A stretch of 51,463 nt of DNA from Parcubacteria group bacterium GW2011_GWA2_40_23 (GTDB lineage Bacteria; Patescibacteriota; Patescibacteriia; UBA11705; JABHMO01). Below are positions 16,259-24,133 of the stretch, one piece after another (position 1 is the first letter of the stretch; every line of letters begins with the position of its first letter). Below the pieces are notes generated by a model. It had not been told where the DNA came from, made no database searches, and worked only from the letters and a program-made list of their open reading frames with translations. The stretch lies in the NCBI GenBank assembly GCA_000996245.1, contig LBYP01000010.1:1-51463 (forward strand). Direction: 5' to 3'. A program made the translations under genes and the position numbers.

Positions 16259-17599
16259 TTAGGCCTTATTCAAAGTTTCATCAATTCTAGTACGGTCGCG
16301 TGGGAAAAGTGTTGCTTTCTTAATATTATCAAGTCCAAGTAATTGCCAAGTCATTCTCTCGAGACCGATAGCAATTCCACCCTCTGGTGGCATGCCGTAT
16401 TTAAACGCTTGGAGATAATAAGCATAACCTTCGGGCTTTAAACCAAACTTGATCATGTTATTAACCAGCTTGTCATATTCATGAATACGTTGGCCCCCAG
16501 TAATAATTTCTGTACCACGGAATAAAACGTCAAAACTTCCAGTGAATCCTGGATCAGCTGGATCTTCGTAAGTGTACATAGGGCGTTTTGAAACTGGATA
16601 GTGCGTAACCACTAGAAAATCTGAATCCCATTTTTTCTTGGCATACTCGCAAATTTGTCGCTCTTGATGTGGTTCTAAATCTGGTTCGTTGATACATCCT
16701 TTTTCATTATATTCATCTTCGAGAATTTTTTGTGCTTCTTTTAATTTCATTTGTGGAACTGGATTGATGAACTCTGGAAGCTTAACATCTAAAAGCTTTA
16801 TTTCTTCAGGGCAAGTCTCTTTAACATTAGCAACCATTGTCTGCAAAGTGGCATAAACCATATCCATTACATCTTTATAATCATTGATGTAACCCATTTC
16901 AAAATCTAAACTTGTGTATTCATTAATGTGACGATTAGTATCATGCTCTTCTGCGCGATAAACATTGCCAGTGGTAAAAACACGTTCGTATATACCAACC
17001 ATGGTTTGCTTATAGAACTGAGGGCTTTGAGCTAAAAAAGCTTTTTTACCAAAATAATCAACAGTAAAAACATTCGCTCCACCTTCAGTGGCACCGGCAA
17101 CGATTTTTGGACATTGAAATTCAGTAAAATCATTCGCTTCTAAATGTTTTCTAAAGCCTTGTATCAAAGCTGTTTGAATTTTAAAGATGGCACGCTGTTT
17201 ATTAGCGCGTAAATTAAAAGGCATGTTGTCGAGATAAGCGTCCATATTCAATTCAGCATCCAAATCATAAGGAAGAGTTTCCGCCGCTGCTAATATCTTA
17301 ACTTCTTTGGCTAAAACTTCGACCGTGCCAGTTATTTGCTCAAGGTTCTTCTGTTTTTCGCCACGTTCGTTGACGATACCGCGGATCTCGAGGACATATT
17401 CTGGACGTAATTCTCCGACAATTGCTTGTGAAGCTTCATCTAATTCTAAAGGAACTAAAACAACTTGAACAATGCCGCTGCGATCGCGCATATCAAGAAA
17501 AACAATCTTGCCCATATTGCGCCTGGCGTTAATCCAACCTTTAATTGTAACTTCCTGCCCTATTTTTTTTGTCGTTTCACTATTTAATATTCTTTCCAT
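16259..17599 (-). CDS. aspS: Aspartyl-tRNA synthetase, archaeal/eukaryotic-type (class IIb)
   Basis: 446 aa. N-terminal OB fold, FLAQSPQFYKQ, VYRAEEHDTNRHINEYTSLDFEM, GIAIGLERM, FPRDRTRI. Confidence 0.85.
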   Translation of the reverse strand: MERILNSETTKKIGQEVTIKGWINARRNMGKIVFLDMRDRSGIVQVVLVPLELDEASQAIVGELRPEYVLEIRGIVNERGEKQKNLEQITGTVEVLAKEVKILAAAETLPYDLDAELNMDAYLDNMPFNLRANKQRAIFKIQTALIQGFRKHLEANDFTEFQCPKIVAGATEGGANVFTVDYFGKKAFLAQSPQFYKQTMVGIYERVFTTGNVYRAEEHDTNRHINEYTSLDFEMGYINDYKDVMDMVYATLQTMVANVKETCPEEIKLLDVKLPEFINPVPQMKLKEAQKILEDEYNEKGCINEPDLEPHQERQICEYAKKKWDSDFLVVTHYPVSKRPMYTYEDPADPGFTGSFDVLFRGTEIITGGQRIHEYDKLVNNMIKFGLKPEGYAYYLQAFKYGMPPEGGIAIGLERMTWQLLGLDNIKKATLFPRDRTRIDETLNKA

Positions 17600-17611
17600 A
17601 CTATTTTTGTA

Positions 17612-17639
17612 ACCAGTAACCTGTAACCAGTCACCAGTT
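17612..17639. repeat. Heptanucleotide tandem repeat (ACCWGTN)x4 in the aspS 5-prime leader
   Basis: ACCAGTA ACCTGTA ACCAGTC ACCAGTT, adjacent to ctattttt. The same words occur at 28413-28477. Confidence 0.8.
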
Positions 17640-17648
17640 TATTAAGAG

Positions 17649-18932
17649 TTAAGGATAAATGCGATTGATCATTCTTGGAAAAGGAATCGTTTCGCGGACA
17701 TGTTGAACTCCACACATCCAACCGACTAAACGTTCTAAGCCGACACCGAAGCCCGAATGAGGCACTGACCCGAATTTGCGTAGTTCTAGGTACCACGTAA
17801 ACGCCTCTTCGGGCAGCTTATCATCGACGATACGTTTGTGCATGATCTCAAAACTATCTTCACGTTGCGAACCACCAATAACTTCGCCATGGCCTTCGGG
17901 CGCAATCATGTCATCGCACAAAGCGAGGTCACCATCGCGCTTCATATAAAAAGCTTTTATTTCTGCTGGCCATTTTTCAATAAATAAAGGCTTATCAAAT
18001 TTTTGCATGATTAATGTTTCATCATCATTACCTAAATCTTCGCCATCTTTAATGTCAGAACCAAGTTCTTGCAACATTTTAATGGCTTCAGCATAAGTTA
18101 AACGGTTGAATGGTGCTTTAATTTTTTCGAGCACAGTTTTATCTCGTTCTAAAATATCTAATTCTTTTTGATTAATCTCTAAAACTTTTTTGGCAACATG
18201 CGCAATCAAGTTTTCTTGAAGTTCTAAACTTTTAACATGATCATAAAATGCCATTTCTGCATCCATCATCCAAAATTCAGTTAAATGTCTTTTGGTTTTT
18301 GATTTTTCGGCGCGGAAAACTGGGCCAAAGTCAAAAACTTTCCCGAAGGAAGAAATAGCAGCTTCGATATAGAGTTGACCACTTTGAGAAAGATAAGCTT
18401 TACCTTCATCAAAATATTTCATTTCGAACAATTCAGTGGTGCCTTCGCAAGCAGCTGGAGTTAAAATCGGAGAATCAATTTTAATAAAGCCATCATTATT
18501 TAAGAATTCATAAATCGCATTAATGACGGTGTTGCGCACTCGTTGTATGGCCCATTGTTTTGGTGCGCGCAACCATAAGTGACGATTTTCTAATAAAAAA
18601 TCGGGACCATGTTCTTTTTTCCCGATTGGATATTCTTCGGCGCGTTGGAAAAATTTTAATGTTTTGACTTGGACTTCGTACTCATCTAATTTTGGATGTT
18701 TAGAAACAGTACCAATAATTTCAACAGAACTTTCGATGGTCATTTCTTCCATGACTTTCCACGTTTGCTCATCAACACTAGTTTGACTGACGATACACTG
18801 CGCAAAGCCAGAACCATCGCGTAACTGTATAAACCCTATTTTGCCAGATGAACGGAAATTATAAACCCAGCCTTTGAGAACCACTTCTTTGTCTAAATTT
18901 GCTTTGAGATCTTTGATGTATGTTTGTTCCAT
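17649..18932 (-). CDS. asnS: Asparaginyl-tRNA synthetase (class IIb)
   Basis: 427 aa. YLSQSGQLYIE, GPVFRAEKSKTKRHLTEFWMMDAEMAF, GFGVGLERL, FPRMINRIYP. Confidence 0.85.
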   Translation of the reverse strand: MEQTYIKDLKANLDKEVVLKGWVYNFRSSGKIGFIQLRDGSGFAQCIVSQTSVDEQTWKVMEEMTIESSVEIIGTVSKHPKLDEYEVQVKTLKFFQRAEEYPIGKKEHGPDFLLENRHLWLRAPKQWAIQRVRNTVINAIYEFLNNDGFIKIDSPILTPAACEGTTELFEMKYFDEGKAYLSQSGQLYIEAAISSFGKVFDFGPVFRAEKSKTKRHLTEFWMMDAEMAFYDHVKSLELQENLIAHVAKKVLEINQKELDILERDKTVLEKIKAPFNRLTYAEAIKMLQELGSDIKDGEDLGNDDETLIMQKFDKPLFIEKWPAEIKAFYMKRDGDLALCDDMIAPEGHGEVIGGSQREDSFEIMHKRIVDDKLPEEAFTWYLELRKFGSVPHSGFGVGLERLVGWMCGVQHVRETIPFPRMINRIYP

Positions 18933-18964
18933 AAAAAATGTTTAAACTGTATATATTTTAGCCT

Positions 18965-19093
18965 AAATTTACGAATAGTACAAATTATTTGGATGTTACG
19001 AATTACTGCTTACCAATAACCTAAATTTCTATTTAACAATCAAATCCAGATAGTAATTCGTAAGTTCAACTTCATGTAGCTATTCGTAAATTT
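18965..19093. repeat. Nested inverted-repeat element of the TACGAAT word family, complete copy
   Basis: Outer arms AAATTTACGAATAG / CTATTCGTAAATTT (14 bp, perfect). Inner arms TTACGAATTACT / AGTAATTCGTAA (12 bp, perfect). Confidence 0.85.
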
Positions 19094-19103
19094 AGCGAAG
19101 ACG

Positions 19104-19132
19104 TTGACAAAAAACGCGAAAAATAATAAGGT
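19104..19132 (+). promoter_or_regulatory. Promoter of cassette P1
   Basis: TTGACA, 17-nt spacer, TAAGGT. The same TTGACA-N17-TAAGNT form is seen at 21392 and 24065. Confidence 0.5.
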
Positions 19133-19175
19133 TTTGTCATGAGCGGAGAAAGTAAAAACCACGTTGAGGCAAAAC

Positions 19176-19982
19176 ATGTTCTTCATCCTCTTTTTGCTAG
19201 CATTAGTCGGAGTTGTGTTGTTCATCGTCGGAGTAACCGAACACAAGGAACAAGTCGGCACTCTTGGCTTAGCCCTGGTTCTTATCTGTGCAATCCTCGC
19301 TCTGATCTTGCCGAAAGAGGCACAGGCTCAGACTGCCACCTGCACCGGCGACAGCTGGATCGGCAACGTCTGCCAGAGTGGTGGAGTGAACCAATCCAAA
19401 GAACCTTCAATCTCCTCCCACCAAGTCAGCTACAACACCGGCGAGTACTCGGTTATCGCACAGCCAGGAAGCTGCAACGACAAGACCTGCTGGTACACGA
19501 TCATCGTGTATGCTAAAAGCGGGATCATCACAGCCATGTTCGAGAACAACTACACGCTCATCGAAGCAATTTCTCCTGGTTGTTGGAAGTTGCAACAGAC
19601 GGACGAGTTCATAGGTCTCGCGGGCTTGCCAAATGACGCCGGACCGTTCATGCCGCTCGTCATCTGCAAACGCGAGGGTCTTTACTACGACGGCACGGAT
19701 AAAGAACTTGCACCGTTCCTCAAAGAACGCCTCGACAAGATCCTCTGTGCCACGCGCGACTGCCGAGATGCAAGAACCTGCGTGAACGATGTGAAGATGA
19801 AAGCGCTCATCGTCGAGCTGCACATCATCCAGATGATCTTGTGGAAAGCTGGTTGGAAAATTGCCTTGCCCGAAGGTTGGCATGGTGGCTTGAACCAAGG
19901 TGAGATAAACCGTTTGACGCATGACGTCGAGCGCATCATCAACATCCGTTTCCAAGGTCACCTGCCTTCGACCTCTCGATGA
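19176..19982 (+). CDS. GC-rich secreted/membrane paralog P1 (uncharacterised family)
   Basis: ATG 19176 is preceded by GAGG. Hydrophobic N-terminus ending AQAQ. Shares blocks with P2-P4: VSYNTGEYSVIAQPGSC..C.Y.I, GCWKLQQTDEFIGL, VICKREG. Confidence 0.75.
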   Translation: MFFILFLLALVGVVLFIVGVTEHKEQVGTLGLALVLICAILALILPKEAQAQTATCTGDSWIGNVCQSGGVNQSKEPSISSHQVSYNTGEYSVIAQPGSCNDKTCWYTIIVYAKSGIITAMFENNYTLIEAISPGCWKLQQTDEFIGLAGLPNDAGPFMPLVICKREGLYYDGTDKELAPFLKERLDKILCATRDCRDARTCVNDVKMKALIVELHIIQMILWKAGWKIALPEGWHGGLNQGEINRLTHDVERIINIRFQGHLPSTSR

Positions 19983-19993
19983 AGGAGAAAACC

Positions 19994-20104
19994 ATGGACG
20001 ACAACAACGCTCCGATCACCGGCTGGAGCATCCTGAAGTTCATCGGCTTGCTCATCTTCTGTGCATGGCTGTTCAAGTGCTTTTGCCAGCTCATCGCTGG
20101 CTAG
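19994..20104 (+). CDS. 36-aa single-TM mini-protein S1
   Basis: AGGAG RBS 7 nt upstream. MDDNNAPITGWSILKFIGLLIFCAWLFKCFCQLIAG. GC-rich. Followed at once by a terminator. Below the ORF-track size cutoff. Confidence 0.5.
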   Translation: MDDNNAPITGWSILKFIGLLIFCAWLFKCFCQLIAG

Positions 20105-20111
20105 ACCCTCG

Positions 20112-20150
20112 CCCCCACAATCGACATCGGTTGTTGGGGGTATTTATTTA
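20112..20150 (+). terminator. Intrinsic terminator after S1
   Basis: CCCCCACAA-N10-TTGT(T)GGGGG followed by TATTTATTT. Confidence 0.7.
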
Positions 20151-20228
20151 CTATGATTACCCTGATTACGAGGTGATTACTATGATTAGTTTGGGAAATA
20201 AAAAAATGTTTGTTTGCTTGTTTCTTTT

Positions 20229-20250
20229 CCCGCCGCTCGCGAGCAGCGGG
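20229..20250. repeat. GC mini-hairpin with CTCGCGAG core, present in module 1 and absent from module 2
   Basis: CCCGCCGCTCGCGAGCAGCGGG. A similar hairpin, CCCCGCTTCTCGCGAGAGGCGGGG, occurs at 43898-43921. Confidence 0.75.
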
Positions 20251-20362
20251 ATTTGTTTATTTTAATATGAGGAATGATTAACAGTTCGATTTGATGTCGG
20301 GCTCGCTTAGACCGCGAAGTGAGGCAGGCGAATTAATATTTAGTAGTGGCTTAGAACAATTC

Positions 20363-20392
20363 CGTACGTGCAGGTCGCGACCTGCACGTACG
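20363..20392. promoter_or_regulatory. Perfect 30-bp palindrome upstream of the P2 promoter (candidate operator)
   Basis: CGTACGTGCAGGTCG|CGACCTGCACGTACG, 54 nt upstream of the -35. No T-run follows. Second copy at 22997-23026 has one central mismatch. Confidence 0.6.
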
Positions 20393-20445
20393 AGACCAAT
20401 TTCGAGTTAATTAATGTAATTTTAGACAAAAAGTACTGACAACGA

Positions 20446-20474
20446 TTGACAAAACATTTTATTTGTGCTATCAT
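20446..20474 (+). promoter_or_regulatory. Extended -10 promoter of cassette P2
   Basis: TTGACA (20446-20451), 17-nt spacer, TGc-TATCAT (20469-20474). Confidence 0.65.
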
Positions 20475-20504
20475 GTGAGTAACAAACCTGCCTGAGGGCA
20501 CACC

Positions 20505-21233
20505 ATGCGGAAGATCATCGAAGCCACCGTCCTCGCCCTGTGCGCCATCGCCGCGATCCTGGTCATGGCCACCCCGGCCAAGTGCCAGACCAACACCTGC
20601 CCCTGCGCCATCGCCGACTGCCCGCCCTGCGACGAGTCGTCGCCCTACAACGCGACCCGCGCCGCCGAATCCGAAGAGGGCATCCAGACCTACACCAGCA
20701 ACAGGTTCCAGGTCAAAGCAACACCCCTCTGCGGAGGCTCCGGTTGCACCTACGCCATCGAAGTCTCGCGACTCGATGGAAAACACGAAGTCCTGTTCCG
20801 GTTCCTCAACCTGCTGTCAGGGATCACTGTCCTGAACGAAACCTGTGTGCTCATCCAGAGCACCAAGGACTTCAACGGCATCGACATGTTGCCCGAGCTC
20901 TACGGACCGTCGATCGGGATAGTTCTCTGCAAGGAAGGAAAAAACTTCGTCGAGAAGACCGCCTCGTTCATGGGCAATTTCTTGCGTGATCAAATCTCCG
21001 GACTGGAAGCCTGGCACGACACGTTGGTCGACAACCCCAGGGTGCTGAAGTCGCTCATCATCAAAGCTATGGCCATCAAGGAGCTGTTCTACCGCGAAGG
21101 ACTTCAGCCTCCCAAGATGCCAAAGATGGACGCCGACATCGCCAAGCTCGACAGCAAGACCTACAAGAGAATCGAGCTCGAAATCATCAAGCGCTGCAAC
21201 CAGCGCATGCTTTACCGGGGTCTCGCGAACTAG
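20505..21233 (+). CDS. GC-rich secreted/membrane paralog P2 (uncharacterised family)
   Basis: 242 aa. Hydrophobic N-terminus. QTYTSNRFQVKATPLCGGSGCTYAIEV, TCVLIQSTKDFNGI, VLCKEG, IKELFYREGLQPP, C-terminal RMLYRGLAN. Confidence 0.8.
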   Translation: MRKIIEATVLALCAIAAILVMATPAKCQTNTCPCAIADCPPCDESSPYNATRAAESEEGIQTYTSNRFQVKATPLCGGSGCTYAIEVSRLDGKHEVLFRFLNLLSGITVLNETCVLIQSTKDFNGIDMLPELYGPSIGIVLCKEGKNFVEKTASFMGNFLRDQISGLEAWHDTLVDNPRVLKSLIIKAMAIKELFYREGLQPPKMPKMDADIAKLDSKTYKRIELEIIKRCNQRMLYRGLAN

Positions 21234-21255
21234 TCGCGCCCCGCGTGCTACACAG

Positions 21256-21288
21256 CTGCTACCTTCTTCCCGGGGGGTAGCAGTTTTT
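21256..21288 (+). terminator. Intrinsic terminator after P2
   Basis: CTGCTACC-N12-GGTAGCAG followed by TTTTT. Confidence 0.75.
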
Positions 21289-21348
21289 CTATACTACGAA
21301 TTACTAATCGTCTACAAATCTACTAATAGCTACGAATAGCTTCATAAA
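21289..21348 (+). repeat. TACGAAT/TACTAAT word block following the P2 terminator
   Basis: ctatactacgaattactaatcgtctacaaatctactaatagctacgaatagcttcataaa. Near-identical copy at 23914-23973. Confidence 0.85.
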
Positions 21349-21391
21349 TAAGAAATTTTATCTAAGATTAAACAAAAAAACATCATAACCA

Positions 21392-21420
21392 TTGACAAAA
21401 CAATATGTTAGTGCTAAGTT
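21392..21420 (+). promoter_or_regulatory. Promoter of cassette P3
   Basis: TTGACA, 17-nt spacer, TGc-TAAGTT. Confidence 0.55.
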
Positions 21421-21451
21421 TTAATCAATTCATTTCCCTAAGGGGAAGATC

Positions 21452-22135
21452 ATGCCGATCGCTCGTCCCTTCGACAAATCCTTCTGGCTGGCAGTCATCC
21501 TGTTCTCCATCGCTCTCGCCTGTGTGATCTTCTCGTTCACTCCACGTGACGCCAACGCCCAGACCGTGACGATTCGCGTATCCTACACCAGCAACGGTTA
21601 CATCGTGAAGGCCTCGCCTTCATGCGTCAACTCCAACTGCGTGTACGTCATCAGCATCACGCAGAAGAACAACGACACGATCATGACCTTGCAGAACGAC
21701 AGCCCGTTCGTGGAAGTGCTGGACGACAAGTGCATCCGCATCAATTCGACGAACGACTTCATGGGCATCGGCGACGCCGAACACGAGTTCGGTCGCTGGA
21801 TCCCGCAAGTCGTGTGTGTGGAAGGTAGGATCTACGCCGACCGCACCGCTTCGCGCCTCGAGAAAGAGCTCCGGCTCCGAGTGGCGGACATCGAGTCTAC
21901 ACTCGCGCTCGATGACATCATGGGCAGCTACTGCGACGAGCCGTGGCGGTCAAATGCCACCTTCGCCAAGATCGTGGAGTTGAAGGCCATCCAGCACATG
22001 TTCATTCGCGAGAACCTAACGCCCCCAGCCATGCCAATCCTCGGTCTCCTCGATAAAATGTTCTCCGAAGATCTCGACACCATCATGCGTCAGCTCTTAG
22101 AGGAACGCCTGACCTATCGAGGGCTCGGGTCGTGA
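21452..22135 (+). CDS. GC-rich secreted/membrane paralog P3 (uncharacterised family)
   Basis: 227 aa. Signal-like N-terminus ending ANAQ. VSYTSNGYIVKASPSCVNSNCVYVISI, KCIRINSTNDFMGI, VVCVEG, IQHMFIRENLTPP, C-terminal RLTYRGLGS. Confidence 0.8.
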   Translation: MPIARPFDKSFWLAVILFSIALACVIFSFTPRDANAQTVTIRVSYTSNGYIVKASPSCVNSNCVYVISITQKNNDTIMTLQNDSPFVEVLDDKCIRINSTNDFMGIGDAEHEFGRWIPQVVCVEGRIYADRTASRLEKELRLRVADIESTLALDDIMGSYCDEPWRSNATFAKIVELKAIQHMFIRENLTPPAMPILGLLDKMFSEDLDTIMRQLLEERLTYRGLGS

Positions 22136-22184
22136 TCAACTTCTGGAACAAGTACCGTTCACCAACACCGAACCGGAGGTTTAC

Positions 22185-22628
22185 ATGTTTCCTTCGTGGA
22201 AAGAGATCGCCATTAGCTTATTCCTCGTCTCGCTAATGCTGTCCATCCTTGTCGGCCTTCACTCTATTAGCCGGGAAAAGGAGTCGACCGACACTCCCCT
22301 CTCCGCAGAAGCCTGCGAGACCGCTCTGGTCTACATGGACTTGCACCTCGACCTCGAAGCCAATCCGCCAGGTGTGAACCACTCGATCCAGAAGGACTTC
22401 GATGGTGTCCTTCTGCTGCGCAAGCAGTGTCAAGAGAGCAGCGACCGCCTGGCGCTGGTCAAGACCTACGTGACCAATGAACGGCTCGCGAAGTTGCTCG
22501 AAAATTCCTGGGACGCTACTCGAGAACTCCACCAAGTCGTAACGACTGGAGAAGCACTCATGAAGCAGCTTCCGCCCCAAGGGAAAAACTTCAAGGAGTG
22601 GCACTGCGAACAGTGCAACCAGCCCTGA
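22185..22628 (+). CDS. GC-rich N-terminally anchored hypothetical protein
   Basis: 147 aa. GGAGG RBS. One N-terminal TM (IAISLFLVSLMLSILVGL). C-terminal CEQC. Confidence 0.6.
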   Translation: MFPSWKEIAISLFLVSLMLSILVGLHSISREKESTDTPLSAEACETALVYMDLHLDLEANPPGVNHSIQKDFDGVLLLRKQCQESSDRLALVKTYVTNERLAKLLENSWDATRELHQVVTTGEALMKQLPPQGKNFKEWHCEQCNQP

Positions 22629-22657
22629 GACTAGCAACCGACAGACAGGAGGCCACC

Positions 22658-22771
22658 ATGTTCATCGTCAGCTCCGTCCCCCAGGTTTCCCAGGCTGGCG
22701 GCGTGGTCATCATCATCCTGCTGCTGCTCCTCATCTTAGCTTCCAGTCAGAGCAAGCGCTGGCAAGCCTAA
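22658..22771 (+). CDS. 37-aa single-TM mini-protein S2
   Basis: AGGAGG RBS. MFIVSSVPQVSQAGGVVIIILLLLLILASSQSKRWQA. Occupies the same position as S1, immediately before the shared terminator/module. Confidence 0.5.
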   Translation: MFIVSSVPQVSQAGGVVIIILLLLLILASSQSKRWQA

Positions 22772-23140
22772 CTCTCGCCCCCACAATCGACATCGGTTGT
22801 GGGGGTATTTTTTTACCATGATTACTACTATGATTACCCTGATTACGAGGTGATTACTATGATTAGTTTGGGAAATAAAAAATGTTTGTTTGCTTGTTTA
22901 TTTTAATATGATTAACAACTCGATTTGATGTCGGGCTCGCTTCGACCGCGAAGTGAGGCAGGCGAATTAATATTTAGAAGGGGCTTAGAACAATTCCGTA
23001 CGTGCAGGTCACGACCTGCACGTACGAGACCAATTTCGAGTTAATTAATGTAATTTTAAACAAAAAGTGCTGACAACGATTGACAAAACATTTTATTTGT
23101 GCTATCATGTGAGTAACAAACCTGCCTACTGGGGAACACC
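22772..23140 (+). repeat. AT-rich intergenic module, copy 2
   Basis: Terminator CCCCCACAA/TTGTGGGGG plus T7 (22778-22814). Five GATTAC/GATTAG words (22820-22866). Palindrome 22997-23026. Promoter TTGACA 23080-23085 and TATCAT 23103-23108. Confidence 0.9.
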
Positions 23141-23860
23141 ATGAAGTCCGAGACCCAGAAAGAAATCGTGTTCTGGAGCGGTGTTTTCGCGGGCCTGGCC
23201 GTGATCCTGTGCCTGACCCTCCTCCCCTCCAAATGCACCCGCCAGACCTTCCCCAACCCGCCCAGCAGCGAACGTGCGGAAGAGACGGGCGGAGCCTATG
23301 CTGTCCGCGACCAGCTGAACAAGAAGTTCTTAGTCAGCTGGGATCCGAGCTACGGCATGAGCAGCTACAGCTACACCCTACGGATCGTCCGCAACAACGG
23401 CTCGCACGAGATGGTGGTCGCGTTCTACAACAACGACTACACCGTCCGAGTGAAGAACAACGGGCGCTGCATCGAACTGCCGATCACGCGCGACTACTGC
23501 GCGATCGGTGACGTACCCATGTCCGACTGCCCCATCGTCCCCATGGTCTTCTGCCGCGAAGGTGACAACTGGGTGGACGTGACCGCACAGCTCATGGGCA
23601 AAACCCTGCACGAGCGACTGCTCAACCTGGAACGGCTCACGGCCGTCTGGGAGGAGACCTCCGACACGCAGCGCAAAGCCATGATCGTCGAGAGCATGGC
23701 TCTCCGTGAGCTGTACTACCGTCGCGGCCTCGTCCCGCCCACCACCACGCTCATGACCAACCTTCTGACCTACTTCGGGGAAAAGTACTACAACGAAGTA
23801 GAGACGGGGGTCATGGAGGCAACGAGCAATCGCCTGCTCTACCGGGATCTCGCGAAATAG
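23141..23860 (+). CDS. GC-rich secreted/membrane paralog P4 (uncharacterised family)
   Basis: 239 aa. TM anchor VFWSGVFAGLAVILCLTLL. RCIELPITRDYCAIG, VFCREG, LRELYYRRGLVPP, C-terminal RLLYRDLAK. Confidence 0.8.
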   Translation: MKSETQKEIVFWSGVFAGLAVILCLTLLPSKCTRQTFPNPPSSERAEETGGAYAVRDQLNKKFLVSWDPSYGMSSYSYTLRIVRNNGSHEMVVAFYNNDYTVRVKNNGRCIELPITRDYCAIGDVPMSDCPIVPMVFCREGDNWVDVTAQLMGKTLHERLLNLERLTAVWEETSDTQRKAMIVESMALRELYYRRGLVPPTTTLMTNLLTYFGEKYYNEVETGVMEATSNRLLYRDLAK

Positions 23861-23881
23861 TCGCTGACCCATGCTACACAG

Positions 23882-23913
23882 CTGCTACCTTCTTCACAGG
23901 GGGTAGCAGTTTT
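23882..23913 (+). terminator. Intrinsic terminator after P4
   Basis: CTGCTACC-N12-GGTAGCAG followed by TTTT. Same stem as at 21256. Confidence 0.75.
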
Positions 23914-24001
23914 CTATACTACGAATTACGAATCGGCTACGAATCTACTAATAGTTACGAATAGCTTCATAAAATTGATGGTTACGAATTAGAATTTCTA
24001 A

Positions 24002-24029
24002 GTAGGGGTTCAAAATTTTGAACCCCTAC
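24002..24029. repeat. Perfect 28-bp palindrome upstream of the cupin promoter
   Basis: GTAGGGGTTCAAAA|TTTTGAACCCCTAC. Similar in form to the central hairpin of the four-way-junction elements. Confidence 0.8.
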
Positions 24030-24064
24030 CAAAAAGACGTTTAAAAATCGACAACGATGACCGA

Positions 24065-24093
24065 TTGACAAAACCACCCAAAAACAGTAAGCT
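24065..24093 (+). promoter_or_regulatory. Promoter of the cupin gene
   Basis: TTGACA, 17-nt spacer, TAAGCT. 5-prime UTR hairpin GATGCC-TCT-GGCATC. GGAGG at 24124. Confidence 0.5.
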
Positions 24094-24133
24094 CTTTTGA
24101 TGCCTCTGGCATCGCAAACAACTGGAGGTTCCC

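Larger units (their letters stand above)
20105..20504 (+). repeat. AT-rich intergenic module, copy 1 (terminator, GATTAC iterons, 30-bp palindrome, promoter)
   Basis: Aligns along its whole length with 22772-23140, with few substitutions and four indels. Confidence 0.9.
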
